Source: a virus. Taken from it: DNA of 64,000 nucleotides. The stretch's first letter is position 1. The number at the start of each line of letters is the position of its first letter. The stretch lies in the IMG/VR virus record IMGVR_UViG_3300043395_004142; one strand, written 5' to 3'. Made by a program: the position numbers and the translations under genes. The notes under the pieces are model-generated. The model saw only the letters and a program-made list of their open reading frames with translations. It made no database searches and had not been told where the DNA came from. Below are positions 1 to 8,738 of the stretch, in pieces.

Positions 1-383
1 TGGGGAGCCCGTACTCACTGAGTACGTAGTGTCCTATTTCATGGGTGAAGACGAAGTCGCGCGTCTTGGGGTCGAGCGCCCAAAACTTTGGGTACAGGTG
101 GATCTCGTTGCCCGCTTGCCGAGCTTCGGGGTGGGCCCCGCCTCCACCCGAGGACTTGTCCAGGATCTTTGTTGGGGCGTAGCGTTGGAGGCCCGGGTAT
201 CGCTTGAAGAAGGCTGCGACGAACGTTGCAGCCGTGTGGGGTTGCTTCGGAGCTGTTGCGGACCGTTGCACGGGATGAGGGAAGAGACTCTCCCTGACAA
301 AGCGCACATTCATACCGACAAAGCGTTGAGCTACACGGTGGGCGATGACGTTACGGCTCACGTTCGAGATACCTCTCAAAGGG

Positions 384-998
384 TTAGTAGACTTGTTCGA
401 CGAGAAACCAGGCATAGAGGGGTGCGACGGTATTTTCGCCGATACCTGTGATACCGTTGTTGAACAGGATACGGACTTCAGCGACAGACGGCCCGCCGCT
501 CCCAACGTCCGTGAAGACATACGCGAGGCACGGACCGTTGCTCGCGTAGTTTCTGACGTTAAAGCCATCGCCCATACGTGTACCGTTCCCCACGGCATTG
601 CCGGTAGGGTAGAGGCTATTGAACACGTACCATTGGAAGTAGATGTTGCCTGAGCCGGAGATTTGGTTGGGGTTGAACGTGAGCTTGTAGAGGTGGTTTC
701 CGGCGAGGCTGATGCGTCCGATGCTCGCTCCTGGTCTTGTTTGGTAGGGGGATGAGGTGTCGAGGCTGATGTTGTTCCCACCCCCTCCGGCGTCTTCCAC
801 GTTGAACAGGACATGGTCGTTCGCGCTCAAATGAGTGCGTTGGGGCGATGCATGGCCTTGCAACATGTTTGTCATAGCGAACGAAGGCGCGGCATAGGGC
901 ACCCACTGGGTGCCGTCCCACCAAAAGGGCTGCATCGAGTGGTGGTCGAAGTAGTTCATCCCGACAGAAACGTTGTAGGAGCCGTAGAACGCGGCCAC
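384..998 (-). CDS. hypothetical Gly/Asn/Ser/Thr/Tyr-rich protein, possibly virion fibre/structural
   Basis: 204-aa ORF with a low-complexity G/N/S/T composition typical of fibre proteins. Overlapping plus-strand ORFs are Arg-rich shadow frames. Confidence 0.4.
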   Translation of the reverse strand: MAAFYGSYNVSVGMNYFDHHSMQPFWWDGTQWVPYAAPSFAMTNMLQGHASPQRTHLSANDHVLFNVEDAGGGGNNISLDTSSPYQTRPGASIGRISLAGNHLYKLTFNPNQISGSGNIYFQWYVFNSLYPTGNAVGNGTRMGDGFNVRNYASNGPCLAYVFTDVGSGGPSVAEVRILFNNGITGIGENTVAPLYAWFLVEQVY

Positions 999-1081
999 AA
1001 CCCTGGCGAGGCATAAGATGGTTTTCCCGCGGTTTAGGCTTTCTCCGCGGGGAAGCCTAGGGTCTGGTGTAGAAGGACACT

Positions 1082-1366
1082 ATGGTTGAGTTCACATTCA
1101 TGACCTACGACGACGAAGACGGGATGTGCCTAGGATCTGTAAAGTGGCCCGTCCTGCCTCGCAAGGGCGAGACGGTCATCCTCGACGGTCTCATACCCAA
1201 AGACCATGAGATGTCCAAGGATCCTCCGAACGAGGAGGTTATGTTCATCGTCGATGATATTGTGTACCGGGACGACATGGCCAACGACGAGGCCGAGGTG
1301 AATATCGAGGTCTGGCTTACGCTGCCTCCAGGGGAAGCTGTATGGGACGGCGCCATTCGTTCATGA
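1082..1366 (+). CDS. hypothetical small acidic protein
   Basis: 94-aa ORF with non-biased composition. AGGACA lies upstream of the ATG. Confidence 0.4.
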   Translation: MVEFTFMTYDDEDGMCLGSVKWPVLPRKGETVILDGLIPKDHEMSKDPPNEEVMFIVDDIVYRDDMANDEAEVNIEVWLTLPPGEAVWDGAIRS

Positions 1367-1508
1367 ACTGGATCGCGTACATGCAGGCGATCGGCCGTGA
1401 AGGGCTTCTTTTCGTGCCATCCGACCTTCACAACAACCGAGAGTTGAGGACAACCCTCCGGTCCTAGCGGAGGGTATGAGCGATACCGCTACCGTTTGAC
1501 GACCTTCT

Positions 1509-1976
1509 TCAGGGAAGGCACGTGGTTAGAGCCTTGTACCCCTCGCGACCTAAAAGTCCTTCAAGGGAGAGTGGGCGGGCTGGATCGGCCGTTAGGGACG
1601 TGACGAGTGTCCCACGCGCGGGCAGGTGACACTCGAAGGTCTTGGCCTCGACGCGGATCTCGCCCGTGTGGGGGTCGACAGTTCTGGTGCTCCCGACAAA
1701 GGTCCAGAGGCACTCTTTGAAGGCGCCCGTTGTTCGGTGGACGGAGCAATAAAGCCCCACGGGCACAAAATTCTCAAAGGCCCCTTCGCAGAAGGTATCT
1801 CCACAGATGGCGTTGAACGCCGATTGGAGATTGTCCTTCACGGCCCACCATCGTGCGCCCTCGGCCTCCTTCATAAAGTAATCGTCCGCGTCTACGTATT
1901 GCGGAGACAGCTCCGTGCCGAGGATGGGGGTCACGGTGAGAACGCTCACAAGAGCCGCCTGATTAAACCAATGCAT
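1509..1976 (-). CDS. hypothetical secreted Cys-containing protein
   Basis: 155-aa ORF with a hydrophobic N-terminal signal-like segment (AALVSVLTVTPILG). GGGAG sits 8 nt upstream of the ATG. Confidence 0.5.
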   Translation of the reverse strand: MHWFNQAALVSVLTVTPILGTELSPQYVDADDYFMKEAEGARWWAVKDNLQSAFNAICGDTFCEGAFENFVPVGLYCSVHRTTGAFKECLWTFVGSTRTVDPHTGEIRVEAKTFECHLPARGTLVTSLTADPARPLSLEGLLGREGYKALTTCLP

Positions 1977-2063
1977 TTCTCAACTCCCTGCAAATGAAGG
2001 TTGAGCGGGCCCCTTACACCAAGCTCCTTCGCCGAGGAACCAATTTGGTGTAAGAGATGGCCC

Positions 2064-3068
2064 ATGTTCCTTCGTGGGATCAACTTTGGCCATGTCCTAA
2101 ACGCCTCAGGTGCACGCGGGTTTTTTGGGGAGGCGTATTGGTTTCACCGCTACTTTCGCCCCTTTGGCCTTGATTACGCGGGCTCAACCCTCGTCTGCAA
2201 AACAGTGACAGCGGATCCTCGGGCGGGGAACATGCCGCTCGATGAAGGGTTGCAACCGCGGGAAGCGATCCCCAAGTGCATCGTGGTTCGACCCTGGAAA
2301 GGTGTCGCACTCAATGCTGTGGGCCTTTCGAACCCTGGGGCGGAAGCCTACTTGGAGCGGGTGGTCGCGCTCTCTTCTTCGCGAGCCATGGGGGATCCGT
2401 TCATGATGTCCTTCATGGCGGTTCACCCGGAGAGGCCCGAGCGGCTTGCGGAGATCATCTCGTTCGACGCCACCCTGCGCAAGTACATAAGGCTCTTGCG
2501 GCACAGGAAGTTCGGCATTCAGATCAACCTTTCGTGCCCCAACGTCGGGCTCGACCCGGCCGGGCTCTTGAAGGAGGGGCAGCAAGCGCTGACCATTCTT
2601 GGGCAGCATAAGGTCCCGCTCCTCGTGAAGATCAACGCGCTCGTACCCCCAGACGTAGCGGTGGAACTAGCGGCGCACCCTGCTTGCGATGGTCTCGTGT
2701 GCTCGAACACGATCCCGTGGGGGAAGATGGCGGACAAAATCCCCTGGAAGAAGCTCTTTGGAACCGAGACTTCGCCCCTTGCGTCACTTGGAGGTGGCGG
2801 GCTATCCGGGAAGCCTTTGCTCCCCATCGTGCGCGATTGGGTCTATGCCGCGCGTGGCTCTGGCTTCAAAAAAGCCATTGTGGCCGGCGGTGGCGTCCTA
2901 TCCAAGGCGGACGCAGACTCCCTCCTGGACGTAGGTGCGGACGCGATTGAACTTGGGTCCATCTCCATGCTCCGACCGTGGAGGGTTCACGGAGTCATCC
3001 AGCAGATCAATCAACGCTTCGAGCACGGTGTTGACCCGTACACGACAACAGAAAGTACCACCCCATGA
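2064..3068 (+). CDS. pyrD: dihydroorotate dehydrogenase, family 1 (Cys active-site base)
   Basis: Motifs LNASGxxG, NAVGLSNPG, NLSCPNV (catalytic Cys) and GGG..L...DA..L.GA match class-1 DHODH. The ORF track begins at TTG 2001, but ATG 2064 fits the conserved N-terminus. The stop overlaps the pyrC start (ATGA). Confidence 0.8.
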   Translation: MFLRGINFGHVLNASGARGFFGEAYWFHRYFRPFGLDYAGSTLVCKTVTADPRAGNMPLDEGLQPREAIPKCIVVRPWKGVALNAVGLSNPGAEAYLERVVALSSSRAMGDPFMMSFMAVHPERPERLAEIISFDATLRKYIRLLRHRKFGIQINLSCPNVGLDPAGLLKEGQQALTILGQHKVPLLVKINALVPPDVAVELAAHPACDGLVCSNTIPWGKMADKIPWKKLFGTETSPLASLGGGGLSGKPLLPIVRDWVYAARGSGFKKAIVAGGGVLSKADADSLLDVGADAIELGSISMLRPWRVHGVIQQINQRFEHGVDPYTTTESTTP

Positions 3069-4111
3069 CCCCCATGACCCCCGTGACAATCCGACGCCCC
3101 GACGATCTGCATGTTCATCTCCGCGAAGGAGACATGCTCAAGAGAGTAGCCCCCTATACAGCAGAGCTATTCGGGCGGGCCCTCATCATGCCCAACACCT
3201 CAAAGCCCATCGTCACAGCCGAGGATGTGAACCGCTACCGAGGAGAGATCCTTCAGGCCACACAAAAGCATCGGTTCCAGCCCCTCATGACGATCAAACT
3301 CCTCGACCGCACTACCCCCCAGATTGTGCGGGAGGCAAAACTCGCAGGGGCGGTTGCCGGCAAGCTCTACCCCGCGGGCGTGACCACCAACTCAGACGAC
3401 GGGGTCAGGTATATACAAAGTCTCTACGATACCTTTGAGGTTATGCAAGAGGTCGGGATGGTTCTTTCGCTTCATGGGGAGGCCCCGGAGGCGTTCTGTC
3501 TTGACCGGGAAGAGGCGTTCCTAGGTATCCTCAAGGACATTGCGAAGACGTTCCCGCGGCTTCGTATTGTCCTTGAGCACGTGACAACGAACGCTGCGGT
3601 GGAAACCGTCCAGGCTCTACCAGAAACGGTGGCGGCGACGATCACGGCGCACCACTTGGTCTTGACGCTTGACGATGTTGTCGGCGGGAAGATCAACCCA
3701 CACAACTTCTGTAAGCCGCTCGCGAAGAGGCCCGCGGACCGATCCGCGCTTATTGAAGCCGCTTTTAGTTACTCGCCCAAGTTCTTCTTTGGGACAGACT
3801 CGGCGCCGCATATACGCGAGACGAAGGAGTGTGCTGCGGGTTGCGCGGGTTGTTTCACGGCGCCTCTTGCTTTGGAGCTTCTGGCCCATGTAGCGGACGA
3901 GCACGGGTTATCTTTGGAGGGCATTCAAGGTTTTACTTCCGAGTATGGTGCGCAGTTCTATGGGCTTCCATTGAACGAGGGGATGGTGACATTCGTCCGT
4001 GAGCCTTGGACGGTCCCTGATGTCCTTGACGGCGTAGTTCCCTTTTGGGCTGGGCAGACGCTTAATTGGAGGTGCAAGTTCCTGCACGGGGGGCCTTTCT
4101 ATAGCGCGTAG
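3065..4111 (+). CDS. pyrC: dihydroorotase, type II (E. coli-like)
   Basis: DLHVHLREGDM, MPNT, KLYPAGVTTNS, HGE, TAHHL and FGTDSAPH are diagnostic class-II DHOase motifs. The gene is about 348 aa. Confidence 0.85.
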   Translation: MTPMTPVTIRRPDDLHVHLREGDMLKRVAPYTAELFGRALIMPNTSKPIVTAEDVNRYRGEILQATQKHRFQPLMTIKLLDRTTPQIVREAKLAGAVAGKLYPAGVTTNSDDGVRYIQSLYDTFEVMQEVGMVLSLHGEAPEAFCLDREEAFLGILKDIAKTFPRLRIVLEHVTTNAAVETVQALPETVAATITAHHLVLTLDDVVGGKINPHNFCKPLAKRPADRSALIEAAFSYSPKFFFGTDSAPHIRETKECAAGCAGCFTAPLALELLAHVADEHGLSLEGIQGFTSEYGAQFYGLPLNEGMVTFVREPWTVPDVLDGVVPFWAGQTLNWRCKFLHGGPFYSA

Positions 4112-4389
4112 AAATCTTATGCGGCGCCAGGGGTGTGCCGGACGCCGCGATCAAACCAGCGTTGTTTATACAGCTCTTCCACACGGGGGTTTTCCCGGAT
4201 GGGAGAGCCAATACGAACCCTGTTCAGATCACGGATCTGGACGTAGGGTACGAGTATCAGAACCGGAAGGTCCCTGTGTATGTGCCGGTTGGGGGTTCGA
4301 TTATCATCCCTGCCTCATCACGGTCGATGCTTTCGTTTTAGCAGGGGGCGATAGCGAAGTTTGCAGAGGTAGGGATCATCCGAGCACGG

Positions 4390-5403
4390 ATGTTCTATCA
4401 GCCGGAGAGATTTGCCACGGGGGGTTTGCCGCCGGCATCGGAGTTCCCTGCGGGGACGCATGTTTGGAACACGGATGACAACGCTCCAAACTGGTCCGAT
4501 GGGACAGCATGGCACTCGGGGGTGGGCGGGCCGGCAATTCATGGAGCGACACACGCGACGGGCGGTACGGATGCGTTGACGGTCAATGGGACGACAGCGA
4601 CCAACAATCCGTCCACGACGGGCGCGACGATCAATTCTGGGGTCGCCGTTGTAGGGGTCACGGACCCCGGGCATATCCATTCATTGACCGATCCTGGACA
4701 CGTTCATACCGTTAACGCGACCACGGCAGTAAACAATGCCAGCGTTATGCCCGCCTGGTACTTCATTGAGAACTCTGAGGTAGCCGGGGCTGTGATGGGA
4801 GCGATTGCTCAGAATGTTGCCGGGCCCGTGGCACCTACTGCGCAGGCCGGCATACCTCGGCCAATGAACGTCACGTTCCCAGTTGGTTGGGTCGGTGGCA
4901 CTGTGACAATCGAGGGCATCGGAAGAGTCGGGCAGGTTATCTCAGAGACGTTCGTAAACCCTGGCGGGGGTGGAACCGTTGTAGGCCAAGTCCCCTTTGT
5001 GACCCTTTCAAACTTCACGAACTCCGCTCCGGCAGGGGGAGCCGGGACGAGTGCCACTATTGTCACCAGGGATGCTTACGCGGTTCCGCACGACAATGTA
5101 GTGGCCTTTCTGAAGGTTAGCATTGATGGGACCATAGACAGCTTCAACATTTCGGACACGGTAAACGGGGTGTTTGAACCGAGCGGGAATCATCACGGGA
5201 ACCACGGCATAGAGGTGTGGTACACCTACTCGCACACCGTCACTCAGGCAGCGCACTCACACACGGCGTCCACGGCGACGACCGGTGCCTCCGTGGCTTC
5301 TCACGCGACCGGGGTGGTGGTCACCGACTCTGGACATTCACACGGCGTGACTGACCCAGGGCACGTGCATACACAGAACGGGCATACACATACGTTGAGC
5401 TAG
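4390..5403 (+). CDS. tail-fibre-like protein with repeated TDPGH[IV]H / GHxH motifs
   Basis: 337 aa, rich in G/T/A/N/V. TDPGHIH, TDPGHVH, DSGHSHGVTDPGHVHTQNGHTH and a GATHATGGTD segment recur. The composition is typical of receptor-binding fibres. Confidence 0.5.
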   Translation: MFYQPERFATGGLPPASEFPAGTHVWNTDDNAPNWSDGTAWHSGVGGPAIHGATHATGGTDALTVNGTTATNNPSTTGATINSGVAVVGVTDPGHIHSLTDPGHVHTVNATTAVNNASVMPAWYFIENSEVAGAVMGAIAQNVAGPVAPTAQAGIPRPMNVTFPVGWVGGTVTIEGIGRVGQVISETFVNPGGGGTVVGQVPFVTLSNFTNSAPAGGAGTSATIVTRDAYAVPHDNVVAFLKVSIDGTIDSFNISDTVNGVFEPSGNHHGNHGIEVWYTYSHTVTQAAHSHTASTATTGASVASHATGVVVTDSGHSHGVTDPGHVHTQNGHTHTLS

Positions 5404-5709
5404 ACTTCTCCGATGGCTCGATCCGCGCCATCGAAGCGGAGCTATTCGGGCTTGGCCTTCCCGGGATGTTCGCGTGCGACAAGGGCAACGTGAAACGCGT
5501 ACAGTCTCACCGTGCCATCATCCCAACGGATCGTCCAGCCAACATTTTCCAGTTGCCAGTCTTCTTTACGGTCTCCAGGAGCCCCGGACCAGGGCACCGC
5601 CCCATACAAGCTGGCGGTGGCGCCGGTAGCCTTATGCTTCCAGCGCTTCGACTCGATAACCTCACCTTTCCCACGCATCGCGGTCTTAGAGCTAACGCCG
5701 TCAGCTAAC

Positions 5710-5949
5710 TTACTTCTGATTTTCCACGGCGCGGAGGATCTGCGTCTTCAGAGACGAGAAAGACCGACTCCTAAGCTCGACGGCCTTTCCGTCCTTCATG
5801 ACCTGCGCCTCCCACTGGCGCGTCCTCGACCCGCTCGGATCGCCAATCCAAACCTTCGAGCCCTCGAACTCGCCCTTCCACTGCCCCGTGTTCTTTGCCG
5901 TGCGTTCAGCAGAATCCAGTTCCGCCTTGAACTTGTTGAGCTGCTCCAT
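5710..5949 (-). CDS. hypothetical protein
   Basis: 79-aa ORF with balanced composition (K/E-rich, helical). The overlapping plus ORF 5512..5982 is Pro/Arg/Leu-rich and looks like a shadow. Confidence 0.4.
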   Translation of the reverse strand: MEQLNKFKAELDSAERTAKNTGQWKGEFEGSKVWIGDPSGSRTRQWEAQVMKDGKAVELRSRSFSSLKTQILRAVENQK

Positions 5950-6226
5950 CGCCTCGCCTTTCCCACGTTAGGTGTGCTATAAAAAATCGCGACAAGCAAG
6001 GTTTGCTTCTGAAATCCAAGCACCTTGCAGACCTGATCCCATCAGCCCTTAGGGATGAGCCTGTACGTTCCCGGATAACACATTGGCTCCCGAACCCGCC
6101 CCTGCGAAGGCGGTAAGCACGGAGCCATGGGAGGCGTTGATCCCGTCCCTCGTGTAACCTGTCCTACCTCTGGTGACCCCAAAGAAAGTTTGGGATCCCT
6201 TCCCGTTGGGGATCGTAGAGAAGGGC

Positions 6227-7549
6227 ATGGCGAAGATTGACCTCACAATCAAGACGACCTACCTCCCGAATTGGGGCGCCGCGGAAGGGATCCGCGAATT
6301 GGTTCAAAACGGCCGTGACGCCGAGGTCGAGCACAACGCTCCCCTTACGGTCGATTGGTACAACGACACCCTCCGCATTGAGAACGAGGGGACGACGATG
6401 CCGCTTAAGGCGCTCCTCCTCGGGCACACAACCAAGCACGGAAATTCCGAGATGATCGGGAAGTTTGGGGAGGGCCTCAAACTCGGCGTCCTAGCGCTCG
6501 TGCGCGCAGGGCATCCCGTCAAGATCCGCAACGGCGCGGAGGTATGGCTCCCCAAGATCACGCGCTCGGATACCTTCGACGAGAACATCCTATCGTTCTA
6601 CGTAACCGGCGGGCGTGAGGGAAAGAACCGCGTCCGTGTCGAGGTGGGGGGCATCACAAAGGAAGCCTGGGAGAAGATGCGCGAGGGCTTCCTCTTCCTC
6701 GCAAAGCCGAAGAAGAACGAGATGATCTCGACCTACAGTGGGACGCTGCTCCTTGGAGAGCAGCACAAGGGCAGGATCTACGTGAAGGGGATTTTCGTCC
6801 AGACAGATTCAGAAGCCTCCTTCGGCTACGATCTCCGCGACGCGGAGCTGGACCGTGACCGAAAGATGGTCGAAGCGTACAACCTTCGATACCATACACG
6901 GAACATCTTTCTCGACGCAATGAACAAGCAGCCGAGCCTGCACACACAGTTCGATGAAATGCTCCAGGCCCCTACACTGGAAGTCATAGGCATCGAGCCG
7001 TTCTACACGAACGGAATCCCGGACGCTGCCGTGGATTACGTGACGGATGCTTTCCTCAAGCGCCACGGGGAGGACGCTGTTCCGGTGTCTTCGCTGGCGG
7101 AATCGAAAGACATCGAACACCTTGGGAAGAAAGGCGTCATCGTTTCGAAGCAGCTCGGCACCGTGCTCGCGAAGAAGCTAGGGGACGCCATGACGGTCCG
7201 TGAGCGCCTCTCGAAGGAGGAGCGGATGCGCTATAGCTGGGCAGATGTCACCCCAGACGAGCGAGAGAACCTTACGGAAGGGATTGCGTTGGTCAACGCG
7301 GTCGAGCCGCTAACCCTCGATCAGGTCGAGATCGTAGACTTTCGCTCTGATACCATGTGGGGGCAATTCAAGGAAGGGAAGGTATTCCTCGCCCGCAAGG
7401 TTCTTGCCGATCGCGACGAAACCCTCCGCATCCTTGTCCACGAGGTTGCTCACAGGCAGGGGTTCGACGGGGACAAGGGCCATGTCATGCGGATCGAACA
7501 CATCTGGAAGATGATCGTTCGCAACCTCCGAACAAGTGAAGGTCGCTGA
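6227..7549 (+). CDS. GHKL (Bergerat-fold, MORC/Hsp90-like) ATPase domain protein with C-terminal HExxH motif
   Basis: N-box ELVQNGRDA, G1 IENEGTTM and G2 GKFGEGLKLG are present. HEVAH lies close to the C-terminus. GAGAAGGG precedes ATG 6227; the ORF track starts at GTG 6173. Confidence 0.65.
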   Translation: MAKIDLTIKTTYLPNWGAAEGIRELVQNGRDAEVEHNAPLTVDWYNDTLRIENEGTTMPLKALLLGHTTKHGNSEMIGKFGEGLKLGVLALVRAGHPVKIRNGAEVWLPKITRSDTFDENILSFYVTGGREGKNRVRVEVGGITKEAWEKMREGFLFLAKPKKNEMISTYSGTLLLGEQHKGRIYVKGIFVQTDSEASFGYDLRDAELDRDRKMVEAYNLRYHTRNIFLDAMNKQPSLHTQFDEMLQAPTLEVIGIEPFYTNGIPDAAVDYVTDAFLKRHGEDAVPVSSLAESKDIEHLGKKGVIVSKQLGTVLAKKLGDAMTVRERLSKEERMRYSWADVTPDERENLTEGIALVNAVEPLTLDQVEIVDFRSDTMWGQFKEGKVFLARKVLADRDETLRILVHEVAHRQGFDGDKGHVMRIEHIWKMIVRNLRTSEGR

Positions 7550-7593
7550 TAAATACAGGGACTCTTCAACGACCCTAGGTGTAAGGGACGCAC

Positions 7594-7947
7594 ATGAAAA
7601 AAGATCGTCTTGTGTTGGTCGATAAGGCGTACCATTTCAGCATCAAATGGTACTTGGCGGAGGAACATGATTTCGGCGCCACCCTTGGAGAAGACAGCCG
7701 CCCTCCTAGCTCGAAACCCCCCGCGGACCGTGGAGACTGGGAACATTGGGCAGCTAACAAGGCTCTATGGGAGATGCAGCCCCGGCCACGTAGGAACAAG
7801 GAGGGGTTCTACTGGGACACACGTGCCGAGGCCATGAGGGCCCTAGCTGTTGTCAAGGAAGTGATGAAGCAGGGCAGACCCATGCCTGAATGGGCCCAAA
7901 AGGCCCTGGCTGAAGGGTGGAAGCCGCCGAAAGGTTGGAGAGCATGA
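7594..7947 (+). CDS. hypothetical protein
   Basis: 117-aa ORF. Its stop overlaps the next start (ATGA at 7944). Confidence 0.45.
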   Translation: MKKDRLVLVDKAYHFSIKWYLAEEHDFGATLGEDSRPPSSKPPADRGDWEHWAANKALWEMQPRPRRNKEGFYWDTRAEAMRALAVVKEVMKQGRPMPEWAQKALAEGWKPPKGWRA

Positions 7948-8732
7948 ACGTCTGTTACCCTTTTGGTGGCCGGCACGTTGTGCTTCACTGGTGGAGTCAC
8001 AACATGCAATGGAGGGCAGCCCTTGCACGCTCCGAAGAGAGCTTATTTGTAGTCGCTCAACGGATCGCACAGGAGCATAAAGACGCTAAGGTCGGGGCTT
8101 ACCTTGACGTGGACATCGTTGCGCCCCCAGCGCACTTCGATAGTCTTATCGCGGCCTATGAACGGAAGGAGAAGCTTGTCAACTTCCGACAAGAGGTCTG
8201 CTGGCGGCTGAAAGAGGCCCTTCAAGCTGGGCACTCACTACCGCCACTTTTCTCACTGTGCCCTGAGGAGGAACACTACGATTGCGAGGGATGCACGCAA
8301 GGGATCAGGGCATCAATCTCCAAAGAGGAGCTTTACGAACGCTACGCGAAGGCGTGGCCCAAAGACAAGCGCCCTCAAAAGTCCCTTGTGGATTCGAAGT
8401 TCGTCCCGTCGCGAGCCCCGGTAGCGAAGGAAAGGGAGCCTCTTTCCTTCGCGCGGGCTGACTTCGGTCATCATTCACACGGGATACTCTTGGAAGAGGT
8501 CCCACCGAACATTGAGCTGGGACCTTACCGCCCAACGTTCCTCACGGGCGCCCTTTTCTTCTACCACGTCATCGAAGCCAAGAGCACCCATCCCTTACAG
8601 GCCATCTTCGACGACGTACATCGCAAGGAGGAGGAACAAAAGAAGGCTATAGAAGAGGGGCGACGCGCCGCTTACAGACGGGAGAAGGAAGAACGTATCC
8701 AAGCCGTGCTCGCAGTGTTCCGCCCCGGGTGA
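7944..8732 (+). CDS. hypothetical protein
   Basis: In-frame ATG at 7944 overlaps the upstream stop. 262 aa, non-biased, with a K/E-rich C-terminus. Confidence 0.5.
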   Translation: MNVCYPFGGRHVVLHWWSHNMQWRAALARSEESLFVVAQRIAQEHKDAKVGAYLDVDIVAPPAHFDSLIAAYERKEKLVNFRQEVCWRLKEALQAGHSLPPLFSLCPEEEHYDCEGCTQGIRASISKEELYERYAKAWPKDKRPQKSLVDSKFVPSRAPVAKEREPLSFARADFGHHSHGILLEEVPPNIELGPYRPTFLTGALFFYHVIEAKSTHPLQAIFDDVHRKEEEQKKAIEEGRRAAYRREKEERIQAVLAVFRPG

Positions 8733-8738
8733 TTTGTA

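Noticed and set aside
5512-5982. 156-aa plus-strand ORF
   Set aside because: Pro/Arg/Leu-rich with low-complexity composition. The overlapping minus ORFs 5710..5949 and 5442..5678 look protein-like.
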